DNA from: Ptychomitrium polyphyllum
Taxonomy: Eukaryota
Reading direction: 5' to 3'
Assembly (NCBI GenBank): GCA_973851085.1
Contig: OZ316776.1
Coordinates: forward strand, 7,998,001-8,062,000
Length of the DNA: 64,000 nt
Position 1 is the stretch's first letter. Each line of letters starts with the position of its first letter. The translations under genes and the position numbers were made by a program. Below, piece after piece: positions 13,801 through 26,799 of the stretch. The notes under the pieces were generated by a model. It ran no database searches, was not told the DNA's origin, and saw nothing but the letters and a program-made list of their open reading frames with translations.

Positions 13801-14949
13801 ACTCGCCATATCTGTTCCACAAGTAGTTCCAATGCCCCATGTGCTGAATTTCTGATGATACTCGAGAGAGTTTCTAGAGAGGGGAGAAAGGAGTAATATC
13901 GAAAGCTTATATTTATTACTTTACCACAAGTAAAAAGTTCAAACACAGATTTCACTTCCGTTTAAGGTTTTTAGAGAGTTGGAAGTCAAGAAACGAGAGC
14001 CTGTAGAGAAAGGATGTCGTAAGGCCTACCTTGAATGTCTCTCAGGACTGGGGTGTTGTTCTGTTACAAGCTACCACAGATCCTCCACCACCTTCTGCTA
14101 CCACATAGAGTCCCTTCGCGGGTCCGTTCGACATGGATTTCAGTTGGATGCGGGTTCCATCCTGCTCGCGAGATAAATGTCTCACATAAGAGACATTCGA
14201 GACACTAGAGGTAGTGTGTTGGCACATGGATGAAGAAGGGATGTATCAGAATAATCTGCAACATTTTTGGCATTGCTAAGGATAATCCAAACAAATGTTG
14301 TTCTTACAAGGAGATCATAATCATTCGGTAAGTTTTCTTCGTCAAACAACTCAGGCTTGATCCACCCCTCAATAACAAGCCAGCCTCCAAGGTTCACAGC
14401 TCGCACTTTTTGCTTATTTTGTAGGAGTGTCCTTCGAGATGGCTGGAAACCAGCCACGCCACCAGGAACAAGGCTCTGAACATGAGCATCATCTGCTTCG
14501 CCTTCTAGCCATGTACTATGGAAGTGAACCTGTATTCATACACACAAACATTAGAGAGCTTGATGGGGATAAACTTCAATAAGATTACCGGTAGTCAAGG
14601 ATTATTAGTCGCAAACACATTCCAGGGAAGTATTTACTGCAGGTGGGTATGGTATCAGCGTGGAATTTAATACCGTAGACGTGCTCGTGATCTCAAGAAG
14701 TACTTTTCAGGCAGATTCAAATATTCTTCAAACATAGTCCTCATGACAGGATTCATGATAACCATATACGATGTAACCTGTAGTCAAGCTTAAATCCAAT
14801 TATGGTGCTACAGAAGCAAAGTTACTTACAGCCTTGAGGTGTTTCAGTATTCATAATTAGTACTTTCCACATACACATGCACTTACCAGGGCTAACAATA
14901 GTCCCACAGCTAAGTACGTAGCCTGCAGCTTGTCGACTAATGACGCCAT
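10885..14949 (-). CDS. Glycoside hydrolase family 5 (glucan 1,3-beta-glucosidase-like) with fascin-like domain and probable signal peptide
   Basis: First exon 14949-14887 MASLVDKLQATYLAVGLLLAL; motifs VRAVNLGGWLVIEGWIKP, fascin-like DGTRIQLKS/WRVSPGIYSLRV/WETFTITRN, NAVRIPVGWW, IIVDLHAPPGSQNGQEHS, GIELLNEP (acid/base Glu), LLVG|EWTNEW (nucleophile Glu), FGWAQWSY; canonical GT-AG boundaries. Confidence 0.92.
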
Positions 14950-17490
14950 TGCTGTAACAGATCAGAGATTGATACACTTGCAAGATGCAAAATTCTCACA
15001 CAAACCAACTTCACTGATCTATGTAACTCAGACTATGAAAGCAGAGACGACAATGTGCATGAGCTTTACACTGCACTGGACTCGGAGATTGGAGCTTAAA
15101 GCAGCTCCCTCAGTGGCCATATTTGTTGGCACAATATATACTAGGCAACATCCACAAGGCAACGTCCACAGAAGAGTCCAGATAATAAAAGTCAACTGTG
15201 ATGGGACAGTGGAATCTGGAACAGGTGAAAATTCAGTATGATACAAGTCAAGAATGAGGGGACCAACTGAAAACTCAAGCTGACAAAAGTTAAGTCAAGT
15301 ATGATGGGAATTGGTGGACATGTTGGAGAGTGGCCATGTTGTAGAGACTGGTATTATAAAACAATAGACATTTCAAAATGGTCCGCAATTCTAGGATGAC
15401 TAATATTTCATGTAAAAAACATATATCCTTTATACTTTACATGTGACAGTAGGACACATGGTATGTTGTATAACAAACGTTGGAAAAAATAACACATGGA
15501 CTTCATTTTTGGTGTGGTATTTAAATTGGAAGAGATGTTTATAAAATATTGAGTAGTAATATTAGATTGAATGTTATGTAACATAGAAAGAAGTCTACCT
15601 TTTATAAAAGTATTATACTGCTAAGTTCATTGCCTTAAGTCCATTATTTTAAGTACTTTGCCTATTTTTATTCTGCATAGTTGTAGGGCTTAGAAAAATA
15701 ATGATTTATATTCTTGTTAACTCTTTGAAGATTTGGAGACACCACATATGTTTAATTGAAATTTATTCATGAAATTGGAAATTCAGCAAATTATTCAAAA
15801 CAGTTTCATAGTTTAGGTGAAGATTTCAAAAGTAATTTTTGGCAATTCCAAAATGTTCTCATTATATTCAACGTATTTTTAAAATATTAAATATTAAATT
15901 ATTCAATATAGTTTTTTTGAGAGTATAAAGTATATTTAAATTTCAAGTGGTTTATTTTTGGAACTATGAAAAATTCCAAATTAATGAAATATATTTGTAG
16001 TTCTTATTTTTTTCTCTTGTTTATATAAATGTATTAAACATGATGATGAAAAATATGAAATTTATAAATGTAAAACAGCAATATTAAATGTGTTTGGAAA
16101 ATAATTGTTCAAAATTTGTAATTTATTTTTAATCTTATACATTATTTATTTTAAAAATTAAAGCTTTTAATGAAGTATATAATCTCTGAACATCCATATT
16201 GATCTAAATAAATCAATGTTTTATTTTATTATACAAACAATTGAACACTTAGATAAAATTACATAAAATAAAAGATTTTAAATACAATATTTGTAAAAAT
16301 ATAACATAACATATGAAAATGTTACATATGATGTTTAATCAAATACCAATCAGGCCAATTAAAAAAGCATTTTTTATAAAAAGGTCTAAAAGCGTATTAA
16401 TGATTCATTCATTAAAACTAAGAAAAAATTGTAATTTATAAATGTGACGTTTTTATGGATACAATGTTCAATGTTAATGTTTTTTTAAAAATTATGATTA
16501 TAAAAACTCCAAATTTTAAATAAAATGTATGTGTTTATATGATGCATATACACTATAATATTTTCAAACTTACTTGCAAGATTTTAATATTAAATATATA
16601 ATATCAAATTTAATACAATCATTTCAAATTACAATCACTTATCTTCTTAACCCACTTTACATTGGATCACTTTACAAGGTTTTTAAGATTCATTTCATGT
16701 CCTAATTCTTAAAAGATAGTTTGAAACTAACTTTAATGAATTGGGTAGTCCTATCTTAAGGTCATTATTCAAGTATGTATGTCTTGAGTAATTGCAAAAA
16801 TCTTAGATTGCGATTCTATATTATATGATCTTCAAATTCTCTTGAAAAATTTAGTTGGAGCCGTGTAAAAATACTCATGCCAAAAACACTAAAACAACTT
16901 TAAGCATTCTGTTTATAGTCACACTCAAAAATCATATCTCAAATAAATATATATACATATTGCTAATATCCTTTGTACCATTTGCCATTCATAGCAGCTG
17001 CTTTGCACTGTAATGTGGAAAAAATCTAATTTTTCATGATTTCCAAATTTTATAATCTCCCAGATCCTTTTGCAATATCCATCTCACAAACTTGATTCCC
17101 AACGACCATAACAAGCATTGAAACTCAAGAGACTCAAAAGCAAGCTTCGGAACAAAGCAATAGGGGAGATAGGGCACTTGTGTGACAAAGCAGGTCTAAA
17201 CCATATCCAAATATTTCACCATCAGATAAGGAGAAATTTATTGCTCAATTGCTGGTGCGAAGTGCAAGTCTACAAGATTATCTTTTAATTTTCTGAAGAC
17301 TGCTCCCAGATGAATATACATGTACTATTCGTTCAGCTCAAATCACAACATAATTGTACAGACATATCAAGAGGAGCTCAGTCGGGTGTGAAAGAAATAC
17401 CCCGGTCATGCAAAAAGTAAGAAATCCAACGAGAGAAAATCTTCACTATGACATACCATTTGTCAATCTGGCTTATCAACACCCAAATGC

Positions 17491-18931
17491 TCAGTCATAC
17501 TCCAACTCGTCAGGCGTTACTGCTCGTTTTAAAGGTATGATTGACTTCTTTTGCACATCCCGTGGCATGGCTTTTCGCATGTCTGCACAATGACGGAAGT
17601 TCAACACCAGGTATTAATCCTTACGTTCTTCAGATGAGATAAAGCAACCCTTTCAAGTTCATGAATACATGAAAGAAACAACAAAACTTTACAAAAAGAG
17701 GTTCCGAAAAACTCTCAGGCTTAGATGTACATACCAAGTCCATCTTCCTCTCCCGAATAATATCTGAGAACCCGTCGATAAACTGAATAGCCGAGCTGTT
17801 GAAGATCATACGAAGCAGAAAAACCACTTCAAAGTTCAAGGCTTACAAACTTGAATGGTATGAATTCTTCCTATTCAAACGTGCTCAGCCCTTATCATTT
17901 AGAAGATTTCTGGAGCAGATAATTTAATTCCTCCATGACTTCAGACTTTCTTATGGGACTGACCTTGAATTCGGATAGCTTCGTTTATTAACATACCTTC
18001 TGATACATCGTAATTGCAGGAACGTTTGATGCACGCACGAATAAGTCCACAAAGTAGCCATTGTAACTGATCACATAAACAGTTTCCCACAACAATAATG
18101 CATCAGCACTGACTTCATTGCAATAGAAACCATAACAAAAGAACTGAATTCTGCTGCATCTAAATTCAAGAACTATCGGGAGACACAGAAAGAAAACCTC
18201 ACACTTTCTCTGTAATGTCTTCTAAGATTATCATCAACTTCTTGGCAAGCTGCTGTCGTCGATATTCTGGAGCCACGGTAACCGCTGTGACATGGCCGTG
18301 CCAATTTTCTCCGTGCCCTTCCACCTTCCCCAAGACTGCCGCCCACCCATCAGTCACAAGGATACCCGGTTCGGAAAACTAATCCCAGGTCAAATCATTC
18401 AAAAAAATTCAACTAGACTGACGTGAACAAACTCCTCACAGAACCGACTCTGTTTGCTGGATCCACTCAGCTCAGTTTCCAGTGGAAATTGCAGAGTACT
18501 ACTTCATAATCTATGTAGAATTTAGGGTTTAGAATAAATTGACAAAACCTCGCAAATGAAAAGCTACAATTGGCATCGCGTGGAGGACTCACTGTAGCCC
18601 ATGATGGAGCCGTTCGGAGCCTCCGCTACATGGCAGTAATCCGGCCACTTCGCCATGTACGTCTGGTAGAAAGCCATGCTAAACTACACATAAAGAAATC
18701 ACAAACATATTCACCATCCACAGCCACACCCCATCGCGAAATTCAAAGCACTCATGCCAACCCACAAACGAACCAAAGTTTCCACCTCAAAACCAACAAA
18801 CCGCGCACAAACGACATCTCCATAAAACGCAAGAGAACGAAGACCACTCTTACGGTTTCTGTGAGATAATCGACATTGACATTCGCGAACTTGAGAAGGT
18901 CCACGCAGCAGAAGCGTCGAATGGTCGTCAT
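17491..18931 (-). CDS. NAA20: N-terminal acetyltransferase B catalytic subunit, 6 exons
   Basis: Spliced translation MTTIRRFCCVDLLKFANVNVDYLTET|FSMAFYQTYMAKWPDYCHVAE...WHGHVTAVTVAPEYRRQQLAKKLM...YFVDLFVRASNVPAITMYQK|LGYSVYRRVLRYYSGEEDGL|DMRKAMPRDVQKKSIIPLKRAVTPDELEYD*. Confidence 0.96.
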
Positions 18932-19775
18932 GATGAGAGAATCGGCACATCACTCGGCAGCTGAAAATCACTTGGACACACCAAAACAAAACCCTCCCGA
19001 TACAGAGCTAGAATTGATGATCTTCTCCACAAAAACCTTAAGACCATATCTGGATTCTAGAAACAACAAGTCAGGAAACACCTCCCTGAAGTGAAATCTG
19101 AAGATCCGAGAAACAGAAACGTGTAGTGTTCATCCGTTTCATAACAGAAAACCTAGAGAACTTCGTCTCGCAGAGTGGACGGAGGCTGAAACGCGGGAAT
19201 TCAGTTTGTAGAATAGTCTCAGCTCACAACACCATACCACAATCACCTCTCTTGAAGAAGCTTCAATCTTACTCACAGTATGTGATTCAGGCTGAATTCA
19301 TCAGGCTCTCACCCATGTCACATCTCTGAGAGCTCACTTGGTTCATTTGCTTTTTGTGGATCCCTGAATATGGGTCGTTATGTATGGCCATGTGGTTCTG
19401 AGTTGAGAGTTTGAATCTTTGATGCGGTTTTTAGGTTTTTGTAGGGTGGCTTGGGATACATGAAGGGGAGGTGAGGTGAGGGGGAGGGTGACTTAGTCTG
19501 TAGAGGGGTGGAGGAGTTTCTTTGGAGTGGTTTTCTGTAAAATGATTGGAGTGTGTTGGTGTGTGTATGTTTTCTTTGGGCTCTTAGCGGTGGGGGTCCA
19601 CGGTGCTTTGAATTGAGGCGCTTTGTGATTGTGCGTCGTTGTAGTTTGATGCGGATTGAATTATAAAATGCGATTCGCTGCGGTTCTCGTGCTCGGTGTG
19701 TTTCTTTAGGGTGAGGTTTGCGTGTTTGGGTGTCTTTAAGGGCGGGAAAGTGTTGGTGAAGGAGAGTGGGCGGCG
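18932..19775. promoter_or_regulatory. Short divergent intergenic region, probable bidirectional promoter plus two 5' UTRs
   Basis: Start codons at 18931 (-) and 19776 (+) are 845 bp apart. Confidence 0.6.
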
Positions 19776-22586
19776 ATGAAGGGTTCACGTGGTGGTGCCT
19801 CGAGGCCGCAGAGGCAAGCCAGGAGCGGCGTTACCTATAAGGAGAGCGATGACGACGACGATGAATTCGTCCCGAATGCAAGGTCGGCCTCAGAAGTTGC
19901 TGGCAGGAGGAGCCTCAGAAATAGCGTGGTTGAGGTTGAAGATTTGGGCATCGCCAAGGGGAAGAGGACTTTGACTTTGAAAAGAGCAAGAGCTGTTGTA
20001 AGACATCTCTTAAGACCCTTCTACCGCACACATATATGTGTTCCATTTATTGGTTAAGTTTCTTCTACCGACGCACTTGTGCAGGAGTATGACCAAAGAT
20101 CTGCGTTTCCCGCCTGTTTCAGCTTAGGTCATATTCACCGTGACAGTATTTTTGGGACCGTTGTGACCAATTGTCCAAAAGCATGGATTCGAGGTTGGTT
20201 GTATTGACATGCGCTGGGTGATAGTGACACTCTCAATTGGTTTCTGTTAACGCGCTGGAGATGATTGCTCTGTGCATTAACAGGCTGCTGTTCCTGTTGG
20301 TTCCATCAGGAGCCTCTTGTGAGCGTGGCGAAAGAGGGTGTAGATGTTTATGCAATACCAGAAGCTGCACCCATTGAAGAGAAAGCAATTCCGCCATCTG
20401 GTCATGGGCTCCAGTTCCCACAAGTTTATGAAGCAGCTGAGCGTGTGTTAAATTCGCACAGACGACAGATCAGTGCATTTGAGTGTCTGCTGGAAGCCGT
20501 CAGTGGCGCAAGTGGCGACGGCGAAGAAGAGGATGGCTCTAGCGGTCAACTTTCCAGTGCGCCAAAAACAACTGGTCAATCTGAAAGCAAAGTAGAGCAG
20601 GAGGTATGTACGTGTTTATCGTGTGTGAACGTGTTTTTAATGAAGGACTTGCAAAATGCTCTTTCCAAATAGTCTTGTGAATCTGTGATGATAGTGTGAC
20701 TTAGAAAGGCAGGAGATCAGTGTGAATAATTAGCAGATGGCGGGGACATTGTTTGTAAATAGAATCACTTTTGGCGTTTCGCAATGACACCAGTTAAGAT
20801 ATGTGACTTGTCGAACATTGTGGTTTACTGTGATGCAATTAGAACGTGTATTTGTGATTCATGGTATTCACTTGGATTATCACTAGAATTTAGCGTATTT
20901 CACAGTATTGAGCATGCTCGATTGCAGGAAGAAATGACTTCAGCTGCTTATGGTCCTGAACTTCTTGCTGCTTATTCTGCCTTTGAACGTAAACTTCAAG
21001 CTGTGAAAGGAGCGAAGGAGGACATAGAGGGGACCTCTGCCCTTAGGAGATTGGCACGTTCTTATGATGAGGTGTGAATATTTCAGCAATTATGTGAACG
21101 TAAAAGTACCTTGAATCATCATGGTGATAAGTTAGATGAGTGTTTCTGTACCCAGTGGTTAGCTAGTTTACACTATTTGTCGTGCATGCACCTGTGTTAG
21201 TTTGACTGGGTCTCTGGACTTCAAATTTCAATGCAGGATGTCCATGAGGTCACGAGAACAAACCCTGCAAAGCCAGTCCTTATCCCAAGGTTTATACGTT
21301 CTTATTCTTTTCTGTACAGGAAAGTAGACTAGCCAACTTAATCATAGTTCAAGGAATGAAGGATACGGTGGTGACTGAGATGGACAAGAAAGATGAAGAA
21401 GGTGATAAGGCTTCCTCAGATGAGAAGAAATACAGTAGGAGGGGCGAGAAAAACAATCCGCATAGCGTGTCGTCTGCCGATGAAAAGGAAGAAAATAAGA
21501 ATAACGAGGAAGACAAGCAGGCTGTTGTGTCTTCTGTTGATGATAAGAAAGGCGGTGAGAAGGGCGAGGTACACAAATCTTGTATCATGTCCTCTGCAGA
21601 TGAGGAAGGAGAGGATGATGAAGATGCTGACGATTCTTGGAATGAAAGTTCAGACGCTTCAGATACTGAGAACAAGCCCTCTGTAAGAAAGAAAAGTGAT
21701 AACCCTGCTCCAGCCAAGAAGCCAAGCCAAGATTTAAAGGTGGGTGTGAGTAGACCTTCACCAGTTGGAATTTACTATATTTCCACAGCTCTGATTTGAT
21801 TTTGAGTTCTCAAGAAATTGTTTTGTGGAACTCTTTTTAGTTTGTGTAGTTTAGTATCCTGCAATTCACGGCATAAAGCAGTCGTGTACCTGAAATATGC
21901 AGCTTTGTTGAGTACGATTGTATCTTTCATGGAGAGATTTTCTATTGGCCTACCCAAAGACATCAACGTCTGAGAACATTTTGTGATGTTTGTCTTGGTC
22001 CGTACTCGTGGCAGGCAAAGAAGACCAACGTTCCCAAGACTGATCCGGGCACTGCAGAACGTGTTCTCGTACCTTCCAAGCCGACAAGTAAAGCCACTGT
22101 ATAGTGCCTTCATTGTTTTGAAGTGTGATTCCTGGTCTTGTAGCCATCCTTTGGGTACTTGTTGGTGCCATATGCTTTTCTCTGACCATTTTGCATGTGA
22201 AAAACTTAAGTATTAACTCGGTAAATGCAGGCGTTCCACCATTACTTCCAAAGAAGCGGCCAGGTCTTTGGGTTGGTAATAAACCTTTTGTTCCTCCGGG
22301 TACCACATCCTTTTACCTTTCTCCATTGTGCAATCCTTTCCCCTGTTTAGAACCTGTTAAATATATCTCATTATTATGTGCTTCTTGAGATTTGATTTTC
22401 ATGTCTGTTCTAATGGTGGTTGTTTGAACTATGTCAAACGCAATATTAAACAGTAGTCTGGTTTGGTCAATCTGTTTTACAGGGCCTCAAAACCTACAGA
22501 CACCAACAGTAGCTCGTAGACGAGTAGTAGGACTCTCGCGGCGTCACAGACCTCCACCGTTGCACCCTTATCTATTAGGATCATAG
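19776..22586 (+). CDS. Largely low-complexity protein (~440 aa) with RAD51AP1/NUCKS-like N-terminus and C-terminal RAD51-interaction-like motif
   Basis: Phase-consistent exons 19776-19997, 20310-20603, 20928-21071, (optional 21237-21248), 21320-21739, 22015-22087, 22231-22299, 22483-22586; ends ...NKPFVPPGPQNLQTPTVARRRVVGLSRRHRPPPLHPYLLGS*. Gene existence is solid, family call is inference. Confidence 0.7.
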
Positions 22587-24509
22587 AACTTAAACTTACC
22601 ACAATCACAAAGATTGAAGCAGGTTTTGTCTGCACTTTCCGTGAGGTATCGATGATCATTTATGGATAACCTATAAGCGTTTTAACATCTTGCGTACAGT
22701 GTGCTTATGAAATGCACATTGAGAGATTATGAAGGCACTTCCTTACTGTGCGCCAATTTTTTCCAAAGGCGGTGGGTTTCTCTGCAGAAACCAATCGTGT
22801 AACATATGTGGCAGCTTCTTCCAATTTTGTGTTGGTGCATCTGTCTCCTTTGCAACACAACATCAGATATGCCAAAACCTTGGAATATCTTTCCATCCAG
22901 GTAGAGGTTTTTTGCATTCTATAGAAGCCTTTCTTCTAGTCTCAGGTTAATAGTGTCAAATAAAGTGATTTTTCCTACGATAGCAATTCCTACATGTGTT
23001 GGGGTATCGGGTTATGGTACATGGGAACTTTTACAGGAGGCTGCGGGTTTTTTTGAAGGGACATTTTGTGTAACTTCTTAATTGGATCTTCCAAATGAAA
23101 AGGGATTCCATATTGGTTTTTCAAATTTCTTATATCTTGAGTTATTCCACTTTATTTCTATATACATTCTCCAAAGAAGCTAATGGTAATTCTCATGTAT
23201 ATTTTGTAATGCTTGATTCCTTCAAACGAGAATATGATACAAGTTTTTTAATATAAGATTATGAATTTGTAATGATTGAATTAGCTTCCCACATATTAGT
23301 ATTTTTTATATAAAAAACTCCTAGTCAAATAACTATAATTGGATTTTCTTCAACCTAAAATTTAATAATAAAAGTGATCAAATTTTAAAAACCAAAGTTT
23401 AGATTCTAAAAATGATACCTTTAAAGATGTCCAATTTGATCATTTTCCTCTAATTAGGAGTAATAAAGCCATTTTCAACTTTATATCTTCTAATCAATTA
23501 AAGATTGTTTGTATTCTAGCATATTTATAAATTGTTCAATTCCAATGGGCTTTAATATTCAATCCTAATCTTCAAACCATGTGTTGAATATTAAACAATG
23601 AAGAATATGGATACATACAAAGAATGGGTCATTTGTATATGTTCATAATTGGTTGTTTAAGAGTTAGTTTTAGCTTGCCGCCATATGAAACTAATTGTCC
23701 TTACAATTAAGCATAATATTCAATTTGGAATTCAAAAGCAGCAACTTGAGTTTAGTTTATTCTACTACATGGACAAATTCAATCAATGTAGAGAAAGAAT
23801 TGTTATTAAATGAACTAATAATTAGAAAGTTCAAAATTCAAATCCAATATCAATTATAATATTGAAGCTTTTATCTTTCAACATTTATAGCTTCAATAAT
23901 CCAACCTTCATCTCAATGTTAAGGCATTATATTCAATTAAGATATTTTATTTGTACAGGAGCAAAAAGTGCACAAACAAAAAGTGTATATTGTGTAATAT
24001 TTAAGAAAGGATCTATAACACTATGTTACAATATAAACATTAAAAGCTAATCAATGCTTTTGGAATGACTCTTTGAGGCCATTGCAAGGGAAGGTGATAT
24101 TTTCATAATTGCTTTCATTTTGTCTAATTTTGCTAATCTTAAAAACTCACTCAATAAGAAATCATGCCTAGTAATTTGTATTTCATGGCATACATAGAAA
24201 TAACCTCAATGTGGTATATTAATATGTTCCAAGAATTTTTACTTGGAATTTAATTCTAGTTATAGTTGATCTACCACAAAGATGTTGTTGAAATTTAATT
24301 GGCAATTTGAACATGGTTGAAGTCCAACATGATAAGAACAATTATTGTGGTGGATTGGTTTTATTTAAGGAAGGCTACATCTTAAACTACAACTTGGAAT
24401 TAAAGATAATATGAAATTCTTTGTGAAATATGCACTTTTCTTGGAACAACCTCCATGCATATGGTCTTAAAATTTAAACTAAATTACACCAAACTTAGTT
24501 ATTTCAAAA

Positions 24510-24748
24510 TCTTCTGGTTAAATAAGACAATGGCTTCTTGTAGGTGTGAAGAAGTGTAAGCAATGATTAAACAATCTAGTATAGGTAGCGTCAAAATGTT
24601 CTATCTATTTTGAAGCTTTTGGATATAATCCAAGTTTGTATTAATATCTTTGATCAACTTTAAAATTACAAGGTAGCTTGAAATTTTTTTGAATTTTTTT
24701 TTTGTAAGCCACGCTAAATTTGAATTCATTGTGCTTGATCACCTATAA
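24510..24748 (+). repeat. Dispersed repeat, inverted copy at ~33848-34090
   Basis: AAATAAGACAATGGCTTCTTGTAGG...TATAGGTAGCGTCAAAATGTTCTATCTATT...GAATTCATTGTG is the diverged reverse complement of 33848-34090. Confidence 0.85.
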
Positions 24749-26383
24749 TATACGGTAATTTTAGCGTACATTTTATGATCAATTCAATTCTTAAATTTTG
24801 TATTATAAAAATATAAAAGATTTGATAGCAATTTGTTATCTTATTCAATGTATTTTCTTATAATTTTATTTTTTTTGATATTGCTGATTAAAGGTCTTAA
24901 AGTGAGTGTGAGTTTCTTATACAAATTTTAATTAGGTGCTAAAATTCTTACTAATTTCATTTTTCACCTTGTATAGCTATGATAAATAGAATAGAAAAGC
25001 CTTAAAAAACTTGCTTTGTAATTTTGGCATATACTTGGATTAGTCAAATTTTCTTTTTGGACCAAAGGCTAAAACTAAACTTTTAAAAATCATATTTTAA
25101 GATAAATTCATAATGAATTATATGAATATTTATAATAATATTTATTATATTTTTTAAAGCATTACATATTACATAAATGTGTTTTGAAAGCAATGATATA
25201 TTTTTTTTACAATAATGTTTTTCTAAAATAATATAACAATCTTATTTTCAGATTATATGTTTTTAATTTTATATCAAAAAAATTTTAAAGGAAAACTTCA
25301 AAATCAATAGATTATTAATTGAGCAAAGCATGAAAGTATTGAAATTTCTATTAACAACTTTTCTTTTCTTTAAAAGTTCTAATTGCTAAAATTATAAAAA
25401 ATTTATTTACTCATAAATCATAAGTCATAAATTACTTTTTAAAACAAAATCTTGTAGATCTTATATATATACTAATGATGTGAGAAGGTTGTTAAAAGTA
25501 AAATCTAATTCTTCAAGTATTTCTTCTATACATTAGTTATTATTCACTTGATAACTGACTGCAGCCCTTAATTAAAAGTTGAAATAATTATTTATTCTAT
25601 AGTCTTTACTTGATGAATTAATAACATATTTAAAATTGAAACTAACACAAGAAATACAAGTGACAAGTGATAGCAAAAATAATGTAGAGCTCTATTAGCA
25701 AAAAAGAAGGGCAAAATGTAGCAACTAATGACTTGATACTAATCAAAAACTTCATTTTGTCATTAAGGACAATTTTTCTTTATATGCAATTAAAGTAGGG
25801 TTCCAATCCACCTGCTAATTAATTTAAATACTATTGCTAATCTATTTCTAGGTGCCGTCAATTACCAAGAAATTTCAATTTTAATTTGCCTCCCTGTTAA
25901 AGAAAATGATTAAGCTTTCATCAAATTAACAATTAACTCCTTAAAAATAGTGAAAACAAGTACATGAATCAATGACACTGCAAAATAACTAATAATTTAT
26001 ATGCAATTTGACTATATAAGGTATGATCACTAACGGAGTTGTTGTATCTTTTCAAATTAACAACAAAAGACATTATTTAATCAAACCACTAATATATAAA
26101 CTAATGTCTTAAGGTAGACTTTTTAAGAGCTTCTTAATTATAAGCATGCAATTACATATACCAAATAACAAATCCATGTAAAGCAAAGCAACAATACATA
26201 GCCTTACAATAATAACCAGCTAAACCCTTTTTAGAATGCTTTTATTATATTTTATAAAGATTTAATTGTGCACAAGAATTATAATTAACAAGATAATATT
26301 CCAACTTTAGTAAACTAGCAAACTAACAAACATATCATCTTTATCAAGTCTTTCATCTTTTAAACTCCAATATAAATCAACAT

Positions 26384-26799
26384 TGTTAAGGACACAAAAA
26401 ACAAGAAGCAGAAACAAAGTGTTTCTCAAGAATTAGCTTCCAAAGAGCTAATGATTAATAAGAACTTGATATAAAGACTAGAACAAGGCAGGATTCAAGA
26501 TGATCCACAATTTATGTTGGCAAGATTAAAGAATACTTTGTCTTGCCTCCTATTTATACTATTACGCTTGTATCTCCTAGGATACTTCTAAAGAAGCTTC
26601 CTACAAGGCTTAAGAATGTTCTAGAAGTCTAGGGAACCTTCTATGGAAATTTCCTAAGGTGGAGGAACTTTTTTAGGAACCTTCCAAAAACATGGAAAGG
26701 CTATTGAGACATTTAAAAGTATTCTAAGAAGCTACTATAGTATACTAGAAGGTTTTGGAATGTTCTAAGGACTATGTTGCATGATCTATGTCTGTGATA
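26384..26799. mobile_element. Solo LTR with 5-bp target-site duplication
   Basis: AACAT|TGTTAAGGA...TCTGTGATA|AACAT; termini are one transition each from TGTCA...TGACA; internal CCTATTTATA (minus-strand TATA) and short TTCTA(G/A) repeats. Confidence 0.7.
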
